64,000 bases of DNA from Cephaloticoccus sp. (GTDB lineage Bacteria > Verrucomicrobiota > Verrucomicrobiia > Opitutales > Opitutaceae), in contig JAIPJW010000003.1 in NCBI GenBank assembly GCA_021734075.1, positions 225 through 64,224 on the forward strand, written 5' to 3'. Of the stretch, positions 1 through 9,234 are shown in pieces. The notes under the pieces were generated by a model, which was not told the origin of the DNA, did no database searches, and worked only from the letters and a program-made list of their open reading frames with translations. A program made the position numbers and the translations under genes. Numbering within the stretch: the first letter of the stretch is position 1; every line of letters starts with the position of its first letter.

Positions 1-783
1 ACCCAGGGTTATCTGGTGCTCGAAAACTTTATTTCCCCGGCACACGTCGCCCAGCTGCTGGCCGCCGTCAACCGGGTGACGGCGCAACGGCGCAGCGCAA
101 TGCCTCCCGACTGGAAATCAGTCTGGCCACCGCGCTGCCGGGCGGACCTGACCCACATCAACGGGGAGAAAAGCACGCGGGTGCTGAACATTCTGGAGGA
201 CGATCCGTTGTTTCAGGAATTGGTGGATTGGCCGGCGCTCATGCCCTACGTCCGCGGGCTGTTCAATCCCGCCCCGCATTATCACGCCTCGGACTTCATC
301 ATCGAGGACCCGGTCGATTATGCCGACCGCGGGGATGGCTGGCATCTGGATGGCCACGACAATGGTTACCGCAATCTCGGCTGGCCCGTTCCGCTGCTGC
401 AGTTCAAGGTGGGCATCTATCTGACCGACATGACCGCGCCCGATCAGGGGAATCTCACCCTGGTCCCGGGCAGTCACAAATCACGGCATGAACTGCCACT
501 GGCCGACCGCCAGCAACGCAACCATTTCCCCGGGGCGCTGCAGGTCTGTGCACCGTCCGGTAGCACGATTTTGTTTCACAATGCCGTGTGGCACACTGCG
601 GCTTCGCACGGTCCGGCCAGTGCCGGGCGCACGATCCTGTATCTGGCCTACGAACATCCGTGGATGCTCGGTTCCTCGGCCCACTGGAACTACAGCAAGG
701 CGTTTTACAACGAGCGCCTCACGCCGGAGCAGCGCAAATTGTTTCACGGGTTCGTCTTCGATCCGCCCGAGCAGCGCATGTAG
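1..783 (+). CDS. Phytanoyl-CoA dioxygenase (PhyH) family Fe(II)/2-oxoglutarate oxygenase; 5' end cut by window edge
   Basis: Frame is open from nt 1 (TQGYLVLENF...), so the GTG at 16 is probably internal. Motifs WHLDGH (His-x-Asp), LTLVPGSH and FHNAVWH are typical of the PhyH family. Confidence 0.8.
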   Translation, partial: TQGYLVLENFISPAHVAQLLAAVNRVTAQRRSAMPPDWKSVWPPRCRADLTHINGEKSTRVLNILEDDPLFQELVDWPALMPYVRGLFNPAPHYHASDFIIEDPVDYADRGDGWHLDGHDNGYRNLGWPVPLLQFKVGIYLTDMTAPDQGNLTLVPGSHKSRHELPLADRQQRNHFPGALQVCAPSGSTILFHNAVWHTAASHGPASAGRTILYLAYEHPWMLGSSAHWNYSKAFYNERLTPEQRKLFHGFVFDPPEQRM

Positions 784-810
784 GCTTGACCGGGCGCCTT
801 CGCCCGTAAT

Positions 811-1650
811 TCAGCCGCGGGAGGGTTCCAGCATCTGGGCCCGGGCCTTGTCCGCCAAGGCCTTGAGATGTCCGTCGTTGGCCAGGTTTTGCTCGAGGTG
901 AACCATGCGCTGCGGACTGGCGGTATTGATCATGGCTTCACCGTAGGCGCGATCCACCCAGAAGCGGGCGGCCCCGGTGAGGTATTCGCGCAGTTCCGGC
1001 AGGAGGCGGTCCGGGTAACGTTGGCAGCAATTCATGGTGAACATGCGACGGCGGGCACTGCCGCCAAAGGCCGAGTGTTTGAGATTGTGGTTGAATAGCA
1101 CCACATCGCCGGGACGAGTCTCCAAGGCCAGGCAAGGCACATCCCGGTCATCCATGGCCCAACTGGTCTCGGCATGAAAAACCTCCGCCTGCAGGGACTC
1201 GGCAAATTTGTCACCGATGCGATGTGAGCCGGGGATGACCCGCAGGCAGCCGGTGTCACGACCCACCGGATCGAGATAAAAGGCCATCTTGATATGGGTG
1301 ATCTCACGGTGCCAACCGTCCGAGTGCCAGCCGGTGTCGCCCGCATAAAGATTACCGTCCGAGCCCATGTAATTGAAATTCTCGCCGAGGATGCTGCTGG
1401 CAATGCCTTCCAGGCGCGGATCATCGAGCATCGTGCTGAGATAAACACTGCGATCGATGCACGGCGCGATGCAGGAACGGCGTTTGCCGTCATGCGCCTG
1501 GCCGTGATGCCCGCCACCCTGGGCGGCCCAGAGAATTTCGAACTCGGCGATGATGCGCTCGATGCGGTCAGCGAGCAGGCCGGGGAAAGCCAGATAGCCG
1601 AAGGTGTGAAAGAAAGCCAATTGCTGCGGGGTCAGCCGGTAGGGGTTCAT
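811..1650 (-). CDS. Phytanoyl-CoA dioxygenase (PhyH) family oxygenase
   Basis: C-terminal 279 aa of track ORF 811..2118. Motifs GWHSDGW, LRVIPGSH, LFNHNLKHSA. Start placed at the internal ATG at 1650 (MNPYRLTPQQLAFF). The upstream 156 codons are Arg/Gly/Pro-rich and overlap the next gene. Confidence 0.8.
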   Translation of the reverse strand: MNPYRLTPQQLAFFHTFGYLAFPGLLADRIERIIAEFEILWAAQGGGHHGQAHDGKRRSCIAPCIDRSVYLSTMLDDPRLEGIASSILGENFNYMGSDGNLYAGDTGWHSDGWHREITHIKMAFYLDPVGRDTGCLRVIPGSHRIGDKFAESLQAEVFHAETSWAMDDRDVPCLALETRPGDVVLFNHNLKHSAFGGSARRRMFTMNCCQRYPDRLLPELREYLTGAARFWVDRAYGEAMINTASPQRMVHLEQNLANDGHLKALADKARAQMLEPSRG

Positions 1651-1712
1651 GCCGGGACAAGATGGATGGGCCGAATCCGTGGTCAATGGCCTTCGGATTG
1701 AACCACCAGCTA

Positions 1713-2396
1713 TCAGATTTGCTTTTGGCTTTCGACCTGGACCAGGGTTGCGGCCCAACTGACCGGCGCCGGCGCGACCAGCGACAATTCCTTTTCGGTG
1801 GCGGGATGACGAAAGCGCAGCTCGCGGGCGTGCAAACCGAATAACTCCGCGGGCTGGCCGGACCCGTAGAGCGGATCGCCCACCACCGGACAGCCGCCCT
1901 GCACGCAATGCAGCCGGGCCTGATGCGTGCGGCCGGTTTTGAGCAGAACGCTGAGCCAGCTCAGGTTGAGCTCCGCGGAACGGCCGAGGACTTGAAAGGA
2001 GGATACAGCTGGTTTGCCGCCGGTCTTCACATTGGCCCAGACACCATTGCCCACCGGTCCAATCCGGGTCTCGACCTTGTGCAACCCGGCCGGCCAAAGT
2101 CCCTCGACGAGGGCCCAATAAAGTTTCCGCACCTGACGTGATTCAAACACTGCGGACAATGCGGCATTGTAGCGGTTGGTTTTGCGCAGCAGCACCACGC
2201 CACTGGTCAACCGATCGAGCCGATGGCAACAGAAGACGGGTTTGCCCACATGACGAGTCGCGACCTGTTCCAAGTCGTCCTCCCGCTTGGCGCCGCCTTC
2301 CGTCAGCAACCCCGAGGGTTTGTTCAAGACCAGCAGGTGCTCGTCTTCAAACAGGACTTCAGGGGTTGTGCTCATTTGCGGAAGAGCGTGGGCCAT
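1713..2396 (-). CDS. RluA-family pseudouridine synthase
   Basis: Motifs LLVLNKPSGLL and HRLDRLTSGVVLLRK (catalytic Asp), plus GRTHQARLH. Start is uncertain: ATG at 2396 or 2375. Confidence 0.85.
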   Translation of the reverse strand: MAHALPQMSTTPEVLFEDEHLLVLNKPSGLLTEGGAKREDDLEQVATRHVGKPVFCCHRLDRLTSGVVLLRKTNRYNAALSAVFESRQVRKLYWALVEGLWPAGLHKVETRIGPVGNGVWANVKTGGKPAVSSFQVLGRSAELNLSWLSVLLKTGRTHQARLHCVQGGCPVVGDPLYGSGQPAELFGLHARELRFRHPATEKELSLVAPAPVSWAATLVQVESQKQI

Positions 2397-2482
2397 GGCA
2401 AAATTGAGGCAAGATTCGTCAGAGTGCCCGGGGAGCAACGCGACCCTTGTCACTTGGCCGGAGTTCGGCCAGTGCTGTTTGA

Positions 2483-3580
2483 TTGTCCCACTTACCCGAC
2501 AACCACAGTCCGGATACACCCACGCCTGATTCGAGTGCGCCGGTTCCGCATCGGCGTCGTCCGCGTTATGCCGGCAAGAATCCCCGACGCTTCGAGGATA
2601 AATACAAGGAACACGATCCCCGGCGCTATGCTGCCGATGTGGCCAAGGTGATCGCCGCGGGCAAGACCCCTGCCGGGAGTCATCGGCCGATCATGGTGAC
2701 CGAGATTCTTGCAGCGCTCGCGCTGCAGCCGGGGGAAGTGGCCGTGGATTGCACGTTGGGTTACGGTGGGCATGCCAGGGAATTACTGACCATGTTGATT
2801 CCGGGTGGCCGACTAATCGGTCTGGATGTCGATCCGATCGAACACCCCAAAACCACGGCCCGCCTGCGCGAGGCGGGGTGGGGCGAGGAGTCCTTTACTG
2901 CGGTCCGCTCCAACTTTGCCGGTCTGCCCAAGGTGTTGGGTTCCCTCGGCCTCAATGGCGTCGATGCCATTCTCGCCGATCTCGGCGTGTCCTCGATGCA
3001 ACTCGACGATCCCACCCGGGGCTTCACCTTCAAGACGGACAGCCCGTTGGATCTGCGGCTCAATCCTTCCAAACCGCCTTCGGCCGCCGAGTGGCTCGCT
3101 CAGGTTACCGTGGAGGATTTTGCCACCGCCCTGCAGGACAATGCCGACGAGCCCTATGCCGAGTTGATCGCGAGTGACCTGAATGCCTCGCGCCAGCGCC
3201 AGCCCATCACCCGCACCCTGCAACTGGCCGAGACCATCCGCCAGATTCTGTATCGCCATGCGCCCCGGCGCGATCCGGCGCTGGTGGACGACAGTGTGCG
3301 CCGGGTATTCCAAGCGATCCGCATCGCGGTGAACGATGAGTTCGGCGTGTTGGATATGTTTCTCCGGCAGCTGCCCCATTGCCTGAAGAGCGGCGGGCGG
3401 GTGGCGATCCTCACGTTTCACTCGGGCGAGGATCGCCGGGTCAAGCATGCCTTCCGCGAGGGCGTGCGCGCCGGGATTTATTCGGTGACCAATGAAGAAG
3501 TGGGCCGAGCCAGTCCGGAAGAACGCCGGGCGAACCCGCGCAGCACCTCGGCCAAACTGCGCTGGGCCGTGCGGACCTGA
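2483..3580 (+). CDS. rsmH: 16S rRNA (cytosine1402-N4)-methyltransferase RsmH/MraW-type, with ~65-aa basic N-terminal extension
   Basis: Motifs HRPIMVTEIL, DCTLGYGGHA, GLDVDP, ADLGVSSMQLDDPTRGFTF, FHSGEDRRVK, NPRSTSAKLRWA. The only in-frame start upstream of the conserved His is the TTG at 2483. Confidence 0.85.
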   Translation: MSHLPDNHSPDTPTPDSSAPVPHRRRPRYAGKNPRRFEDKYKEHDPRRYAADVAKVIAAGKTPAGSHRPIMVTEILAALALQPGEVAVDCTLGYGGHARELLTMLIPGGRLIGLDVDPIEHPKTTARLREAGWGEESFTAVRSNFAGLPKVLGSLGLNGVDAILADLGVSSMQLDDPTRGFTFKTDSPLDLRLNPSKPPSAAEWLAQVTVEDFATALQDNADEPYAELIASDLNASRQRQPITRTLQLAETIRQILYRHAPRRDPALVDDSVRRVFQAIRIAVNDEFGVLDMFLRQLPHCLKSGGRVAILTFHSGEDRRVKHAFREGVRAGIYSVTNEEVGRASPEERRANPRSTSAKLRWAVRT

Positions 3581-3634
3581 CACCCAAACCGCAGTTGCCT
3601 CACCATCACCAATTGGTTCAGGCTTCCGGGCCTT

Positions 3635-4624
3635 ATGTTACCCTCCTGCAGCTTGCATCAGGTTTCGGCACACGTGTGGTGGTTTACCCCTGAATCACGG
3701 CGGGATCGTCCCTCGCTGGCGGTGGTGGCGGGCGCGCAGGAATCACTGCTGCTGGATGTGGGCGCATCGCCCCGACATCTGGCCGAATTCATGGCGGCAC
3801 TCGACCAAGCCGGCGTGCCGAGCCCGGCTCGGGCGGTCCTGACCCACTGGCATTGGGATCATGTCTTCGGGTTGGGCGGGTTTGCCGGTCCCGTCATCGC
3901 CCATCGGGCTACGGCGGACAGGCTGATGCGCATGCAGACCTACGATTACAGTGATGCCGGATTGACGGCCCAGGAGGCAGAGGGCCTCGAGATTCCGTTC
4001 ACGACCACCTGCATGAAACTTGAGTTGACCGAGGCCGAGCGCCGCAGTCTGCAATTGCGCACGCCCGAAATCATCATCGATGATCGACTGCACCTGGACT
4101 TGGGCGGAGTGGAGTGCGAACTGCGCCACGTGGGGGGCGATCATGCTCCCGATTCCGTGGTGATCCATGTAATCCAGGACCAGCTGTTGTTCATGGGGGA
4201 TTGCCTGTGTGACACAGTCTACACTTTGCCGCGGTGCATGACACGCTCCCGGGTGCTGCCCTTGGTGGATCAACTCGAAGACTTCGCGGCGGAGATCCAC
4301 CTGGATGGACACAGTCCGGCCCCGATCCGGCGCGCCGAGCTGCAACGTTGGATTGCATTTATCCGCGATGCCTATGCCTCACTTGACCGGATCGGGCTGG
4401 CGGACAGGGATCAGGTGAAGGCCGATTTGCTCGGCCGGCATGATGCCGGGATCGTGGATGATTTTCTCCCGTCCATTCTCGCCGGATACAACGAAGGTTG
4501 TGTGCAAGCACGAAGCGCCAATGCATTTTGCAGTTCGCTTGGCGGGATTGATTTCTGGCTAAAATCCACCGATGGTGACGCATGCCTGCACCAGCGAATG
4601 CCCCGAAGGAATACACCGTTGTAG
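3635..4624 (+). CDS. MBL-fold metallo-hydrolase
   Basis: THWHWDHVFG (HxHxDH metal motif); ATG start; coding-like GC3. Confidence 0.75.
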   Translation: MLPSCSLHQVSAHVWWFTPESRRDRPSLAVVAGAQESLLLDVGASPRHLAEFMAALDQAGVPSPARAVLTHWHWDHVFGLGGFAGPVIAHRATADRLMRMQTYDYSDAGLTAQEAEGLEIPFTTTCMKLELTEAERRSLQLRTPEIIIDDRLHLDLGGVECELRHVGGDHAPDSVVIHVIQDQLLFMGDCLCDTVYTLPRCMTRSRVLPLVDQLEDFAAEIHLDGHSPAPIRRAELQRWIAFIRDAYASLDRIGLADRDQVKADLLGRHDAGIVDDFLPSILAGYNEGCVQARSANAFCSSLGGIDFWLKSTDGDACLHQRMPRRNTPL

Positions 4625-4986
4625 AACTCAACCATGTCGCCCTCGACGTGAGCGATGTCGCGGTGAGCACGGTTTTCTATCGCGATGTGATCGGGTTGCC
4701 TGAACTGCCCCGGCCGGCGTTTGACTTTCCCGGGGCCTGGTTCCGCCTGGGCGTGCTGCAGGAATTGCACCTCATCGGCAATCGGGATCGGGCGGTGGGG
4801 GAACGATCCGGGCATTTTGCCCTATTGGTGGACAACATCGATGCCGTGGCGACCCGTTTGCGCGCGGCTGGAGTGACGTTTCGCGGACCCAAGCCGCGAC
4901 CAGATGGGGCCCAGCAAGTCTTCATTGCCGATCCCGATGGCAATGTGATCGAGTTTACTGCGGGTTTGCTGGGTCGCGACATCTAG
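4582..4986 (+). CDS. VOC/glyoxalase-family protein
   Basis: LNHVALDVSDVAVSTVFYRDVIGL and DPDGNVIEF are typical of the glyoxalase/bleomycin-resistance fold. Overlaps the previous gene by 43 nt. Confidence 0.75.
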   Translation: MPAPANAPKEYTVVELNHVALDVSDVAVSTVFYRDVIGLPELPRPAFDFPGAWFRLGVLQELHLIGNRDRAVGERSGHFALLVDNIDAVATRLRAAGVTFRGPKPRPDGAQQVFIADPDGNVIEFTAGLLGRDI

Positions 4987-5060
4987 TGCCAATTCCGCAA
5001 CGCGTTCCACCCATACGTCGGACACACCGCCTCGCACCACCTTGGTCGGAACGCAGGCAG

Positions 5061-5084
5061 AAAAAATCCGCGAATGACGCGGAT
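5061..5084 (-). terminator. Candidate intrinsic terminator downstream of the hydroxylase gene
   Basis: 7-bp stem ATCCGCG/CGCGGAT with a 5-nt loop. On the minus strand it is followed by TTTTTT. It lies ~140 nt past the stop at 5226. Confidence 0.45.
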
Positions 5085-5225
5085 ATTCGGCGAGAAGACC
5101 CGTAAACCAAACTCATTTCGGCGCGCACAAGAGGGAGAAAATGAGACAGTATGGGGTTCTTCCCCAAACCTTCATCCGCTTCGATCCGAGAAATCCGCGG
5201 GAAATTCCGACTGAATTGTTCTGGC

Positions 5226-6233
5226 TTAGACCTTGTGTTCCTCGGCGAGGTTGGCGCCCTCCCCATCGGGCGTGCCGTCGCGGAAAGTTCCGAACCAGCG
5301 ATCCAGGGGAATCGTGCTCTCGCCGTAGTTGCACTCAAAATAGCGGTGGTGCAGGTAGTGAAAATAGGAACCGGTCGGCAGCTTGTCCTTGATGATGGGC
5401 CCCTCGTAACCGTGGTGACCGTTGGCCGGGCCGAGGGCGGCATGCTGCAGATCGAACAGGAAATGGATCGGATGGGAGGGCACGATCCAGTGGATCAGGC
5501 ACACGCTCAGATAAATGATGGTCTCCACCGGGTGCATCGCCATGCCCGACCAGGCATTGGGGTTCTTGTTCTTGTGGTGCAGGTAGTGCACGTGCTTGTA
5601 GAGCGGTTTCCAGTGGATCAAGCGGTGCTCCCAGTAAAAGTGAAACTCGCGCCAGAAGGGGATGAGGAAAAACCACGCGACAAACCAGACCGGATTGCGC
5701 GCCCATTCGAGCCAGGGAATGTGATGGTTGGCGTAGAGCCAGACGGTGATCACTTCATAACCGGTCCAGATCAGACCCGCGACACCGGCGGTCCAGAAGA
5801 CATTGTCGTAAACCTGATCGCGAAAGAGAAAGAGCCGGCTGTCTTCCGCCGGCCAGTTGGCGTCGTATTTTTTGCGGAGACCCTCGCCCTTGCGGATATA
5901 GAGCCAGTAGTGGAACCCGCCGTAATACAGCCACATCATCACCTGGTTGCGCAGCCAGATCTGGGCGATCCAGCCGAACTCAAATGTGGTGCAACGCGCG
6001 AGGTCCGGCTGCGTGAAATACCACGACACGACCGAGATAGCGAGCAGGGACAGATTCACGGGCCAGAGAAATCCCGGCCAACCAAAGGTCCATTTGAACA
6101 ATTCTTTCAACCGCACCGGCCATTGCAATAATGGGGCGTATTTCAAGGGGTAGGGCGGACGCCACTCGCCCCGGGCATTGCGACCGGGGGAGTCGGCGGT
6201 TTCGGCGCGGGGTGGACGCGAATCTTGGGGCAT
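5226..6233 (-). CDS. Fatty acid hydroxylase / sterol desaturase superfamily membrane protein
   Basis: Histidine boxes HRLIHW, HYLHHKNKNP, HHGYE and HYLHHRYF, plus several TM segments. Confidence 0.8.
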   Translation of the reverse strand: MPQDSRPPRAETADSPGRNARGEWRPPYPLKYAPLLQWPVRLKELFKWTFGWPGFLWPVNLSLLAISVVSWYFTQPDLARCTTFEFGWIAQIWLRNQVMMWLYYGGFHYWLYIRKGEGLRKKYDANWPAEDSRLFLFRDQVYDNVFWTAGVAGLIWTGYEVITVWLYANHHIPWLEWARNPVWFVAWFFLIPFWREFHFYWEHRLIHWKPLYKHVHYLHHKNKNPNAWSGMAMHPVETIIYLSVCLIHWIVPSHPIHFLFDLQHAALGPANGHHGYEGPIIKDKLPTGSYFHYLHHRYFECNYGESTIPLDRWFGTFRDGTPDGEGANLAEEHKV

Positions 6234-6368
6234 CGGTCGGCAGCTTGGATAATTGCCGATTCAAGGCAAGGATTCAGGCGGATACCATGGCAGTAATGTG
6301 CGTCAGCTGGATCGCCGTGAAAATCTTGCACTGGGGCAGGGACCTCCCGAGCATCGGTCACCCCCACC

Positions 6369-7700
6369 GTGAGACTCCCCAACTTACTGGCCACGAAAGT
6401 CGGACGCCTGAGTGCGTTCTTTGCCCTCTACATGACCGAGGGAATACCGCTGGGCTTTACCGCCACCGCCATTGCCACGCAGATGCGGCGGCAGGGCCTG
6501 GGCCCGGCGGAAATCGGCGCCTTTGTCGGCACGCTTTATTTGCCCTGGGCGTTCAAGTGGGTCGTGGGTCCCTTTGTTGACGTCCTGTCCTCGGATCGGT
6601 TTGGCCGGCGACGGATGTGGATCGTGCTGACCCAGGTCATGATGGTCATCACCCTGATGGCGGCGATGCCGGTGAATTTCACGACCGAATTGAAGTTCTT
6701 CACCTTCGTCATCATGCTGCTCAACACCTTTGCGGCCACGCAGGATGTCGCCATCGATGCCCTGGCGGTGAACGTGCTTTCGGAGCAGGAACGAGGCCTG
6801 GCCAACGGGCTGATGTTTGCCGGCGCTTATCTCGGCCAGGCGCTCGGTGGCTCGGGCGTGTTGTTTCTCATTCCCTTCACCGGCTTGCCGGCGACCTATG
6901 TCTTTGTGGCGGCGGTGCTGATGTCGGTTACCCTTGTTGTGGCCCTGCCCATGCGCGAGCCGAAGGGGCCGCCGCGTCCGCCGCGCGAGGGTTCCTTGCT
7001 GGGATCGGTGGGTCGGGAGATCGGCGGTTTTACCCGTGATGCTTACCGCGCTTTCACCGGCACCAGGGCGGCTTGGGTGGGGGTGATCTTTGCCCTGTTG
7101 CCGGCGGGAGCATACGGCTTGAGCCTGGCCTTGCAGTCCAACCTCGCGGTGGAACTCGGCTTGGATGACAACGCCATCGGCCGGCTGGCGCTCGCCTCCA
7201 CGGTGATCAGTGCCGTGTTTTGCGTGGCGGGCGGCTGGCTATCAGATCGCTTTGGCCGCCGGCGCATGCTCGCCTTGTATTTCATCGGCACGGCGATTCC
7301 CGGGGTCTGGCTGGCTTGGATCATGAGCCGTCACGGCTGGATCATGCCAATCGACCCCCAGCTGCCGGACCGCCCGATTCCTGCCGCCGGCCTGGTCGCG
7401 GCATTCTGGACTGCCTGCCTGGTGTTCTCGGTTTTCCAGGGACTGATGTATGGCACGAAGGCCGCATTGTTCATGGACATCACCACCCCGGCCGTGGCCG
7501 CCACCCAGTTTACGGCCTACATGGCGATGAGTAATTTCGTCATCTCCTATTCGGCGACCTGGCAGGGTTATGCCATCGACCGTTTCGGTTATCCGGTGAC
7601 CTTGGTGGCCGACGCGGCGTTCGGTCTGGTCTGCATACTCCTGCTGCCCTTCATGGTCGGGAAGCAGAGCCGTGCGGCGGCGGTTCAGGTCCCCGATTAG
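6369..7700 (+). CDS. MFS transporter, AmpG/muropeptide-permease-like
   Basis: LYMTEGIPLGFT, LYLPWAFKWVVGPFVD and ATQDVAIDALAV resemble the AmpG family. About 12 TM segments. GTG start. Confidence 0.7.
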   Translation: MRLPNLLATKVGRLSAFFALYMTEGIPLGFTATAIATQMRRQGLGPAEIGAFVGTLYLPWAFKWVVGPFVDVLSSDRFGRRRMWIVLTQVMMVITLMAAMPVNFTTELKFFTFVIMLLNTFAATQDVAIDALAVNVLSEQERGLANGLMFAGAYLGQALGGSGVLFLIPFTGLPATYVFVAAVLMSVTLVVALPMREPKGPPRPPREGSLLGSVGREIGGFTRDAYRAFTGTRAAWVGVIFALLPAGAYGLSLALQSNLAVELGLDDNAIGRLALASTVISAVFCVAGGWLSDRFGRRRMLALYFIGTAIPGVWLAWIMSRHGWIMPIDPQLPDRPIPAAGLVAAFWTACLVFSVFQGLMYGTKAALFMDITTPAVAATQFTAYMAMSNFVISYSATWQGYAIDRFGYPVTLVADAAFGLVCILLLPFMVGKQSRAAAVQVPD

Positions 7701-7945
7701 ACGGCGGTGCGGTTGTCGCTCTTGAAGTGAGTGTGGCGGCGGTTTTCGGAAAGTTGTTTTTGCGAGGCGTGCCGGGCGACGTCCTTGCGCACAATCAAAC
7801 CGATTTGCGGGGATTGATTCCGTTCCTCGGTCTCCGCGGCCGCGGCAAACAACAGCATGAGTTCCGCCTTCGCCGGCAGGCGGCGGGCGGGAAACCCGGT
7901 ATAGCGGGTCAACCAGACAATGATGGGCGGCAGGACTTCGGACAT
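7697..7945 (-). CDS. Hypothetical small protein (82 aa)
   Basis: Strong GC3 bias in this frame. No recognisable motif. Start at 7945 or 7966. Its stop codon overlaps the stop of the convergent MFS gene (TTAG). Confidence 0.45.
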   Translation of the reverse strand: MSEVLPPIIVWLTRYTGFPARRLPAKAELMLLFAAAAETEERNQSPQIGLIVRKDVARHASQKQLSENRRHTHFKSDNRTAV

Positions 7946-8024
7946 GGCGAGGGAGGGAAAAGACAACGGCTCAAACGCGGTTTGGCGAGCGTGATGTCAG
8001 CGCAAGGGTATCCACCGGGTCAAA

Positions 8025-9140
8025 TCAGAGGCCCAGTTGGTCCAGATTTTTACGCATACGGCCCAGGGCCGCGGCGTAGCGCCGGGGAATCCGGCCATGT
8101 TTGTCGGGTCCGACGGCGAGCAGCAGATTGGCGCCCCGGGAGGTGCTGGTCAGAAACATGCCGAGCAATTCGGCATCGGAGCGGGGTCGATCCTTTTCGG
8201 TGTAAAACCAGTCCTGGCCAATGGGATCGCACACTTCGCCGGGCAGGTAGTAGTGGCTCCCATCCAGGTGCCGCCACTTGCGGTGTCCGGTGGCGGAATT
8301 GGGCAGGAATCGCTCAATCGTCATCAGGTCGGTGGGCCAGGCGCGGTCCATGAAAACCTCCGAACCGTCGCCGATGCCATGATTGTTGAGGATGACAGTC
8401 TTGGGCTGTTGGGCGGCAATGTGGGCATAGAGCCGGTTGCGGTAGTCGCGCGGCAGGAGGTGCGGAATATCGATCCACCATTCGGCAACGGGACCGTAGT
8501 TGTCCATCAGCTCCGTGATCTGGGCCCATTGGAAATCGAGGTAGGCCTGGGTCACGTAGGCCGAGCTGCGATTCGCCGGCGGGCCGGATGGCTCCAGTGG
8601 CTGCGGCGCGACGTTGGCCGAGAGGGAACCGAAGCGATGATGATTGTCCCACGAGGAATAGTAAAATCCGGGTTGCACCCCGCGCCGGACGCAGGCCGCC
8701 ATGAACTTTGCAACCACGTCGGTTTTATTGCCACTGTGACCGACATGATAGTCGGTATGTCGTGACGGCCACAGGCAGTGCCCCGAGATATGCTTGGTGG
8801 TGAGGATCGCGTATTTCATGCCGGCATCGCGGGCGAGGCAGACCCACTGGTCGACATCCAGTCGATCCGGCGCATAACGCGAAGCCGGGTCGTTGCCATT
8901 GGGCATCTCGGCCCCGACATAGGTGTTGAGGCCATAACAGATGAACATGCCGAATTGCAGGGCTTCCCAACGGCGCAGTGCGGCCACGGAAAGGCGCTGC
9001 TCACCGCGGGTGCCGGCCGGGGGATCGCCCGGTGTATGCCCCAATCCAGTCGTGACCACGGGTAGGAGGGCATCGACCTCGAGCTTGGCCGACTTGGCCC
9101 GGGATACAGGGCGGGGTGATTTCATAACGTGCAGCATCAC
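8025..9140 (-). CDS. Alpha-L-fucosidase (GH29-like)
   Basis: FGMFICYGLNTY and KYAILTTKHISGHCLWPS match the GH29 N-terminal catalytic-domain signatures. Confidence 0.7.
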   Translation of the reverse strand: MMLHVMKSPRPVSRAKSAKLEVDALLPVVTTGLGHTPGDPPAGTRGEQRLSVAALRRWEALQFGMFICYGLNTYVGAEMPNGNDPASRYAPDRLDVDQWVCLARDAGMKYAILTTKHISGHCLWPSRHTDYHVGHSGNKTDVVAKFMAACVRRGVQPGFYYSSWDNHHRFGSLSANVAPQPLEPSGPPANRSSAYVTQAYLDFQWAQITELMDNYGPVAEWWIDIPHLLPRDYRNRLYAHIAAQQPKTVILNNHGIGDGSEVFMDRAWPTDLMTIERFLPNSATGHRKWRHLDGSHYYLPGEVCDPIGQDWFYTEKDRPRSDAELLGMFLTSTSRGANLLLAVGPDKHGRIPRRYAAALGRMRKNLDQLGL

Positions 9141-9234
9141 TATTCATTCCGCACTGCACGATGGGAAGCGCATTCCGGCCACCCGTTGGCGTGCACCCAA
9201 AACAAAGGGTCGCCAATTCCGCGGGTGCTCCGCC

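Noticed and set aside
1651-2118. N-terminal 156 codons of the 435-aa track ORF 811..2118
   Set aside because: The segment is Arg/Gly/Pro/Ala-rich and low in complexity, and it lies in another frame of the rluA-family gene. The PhyH homology begins at the internal ATG (1650). This is the typical open-frame artefact of high-GC DNA.
8941-9234. Long N-terminal extension of the engB ORF
   Set aside because: It overlaps the 5' end of the fucosidase gene in antisense. The EngB homology starts at MKINSASFLTS near 9247.
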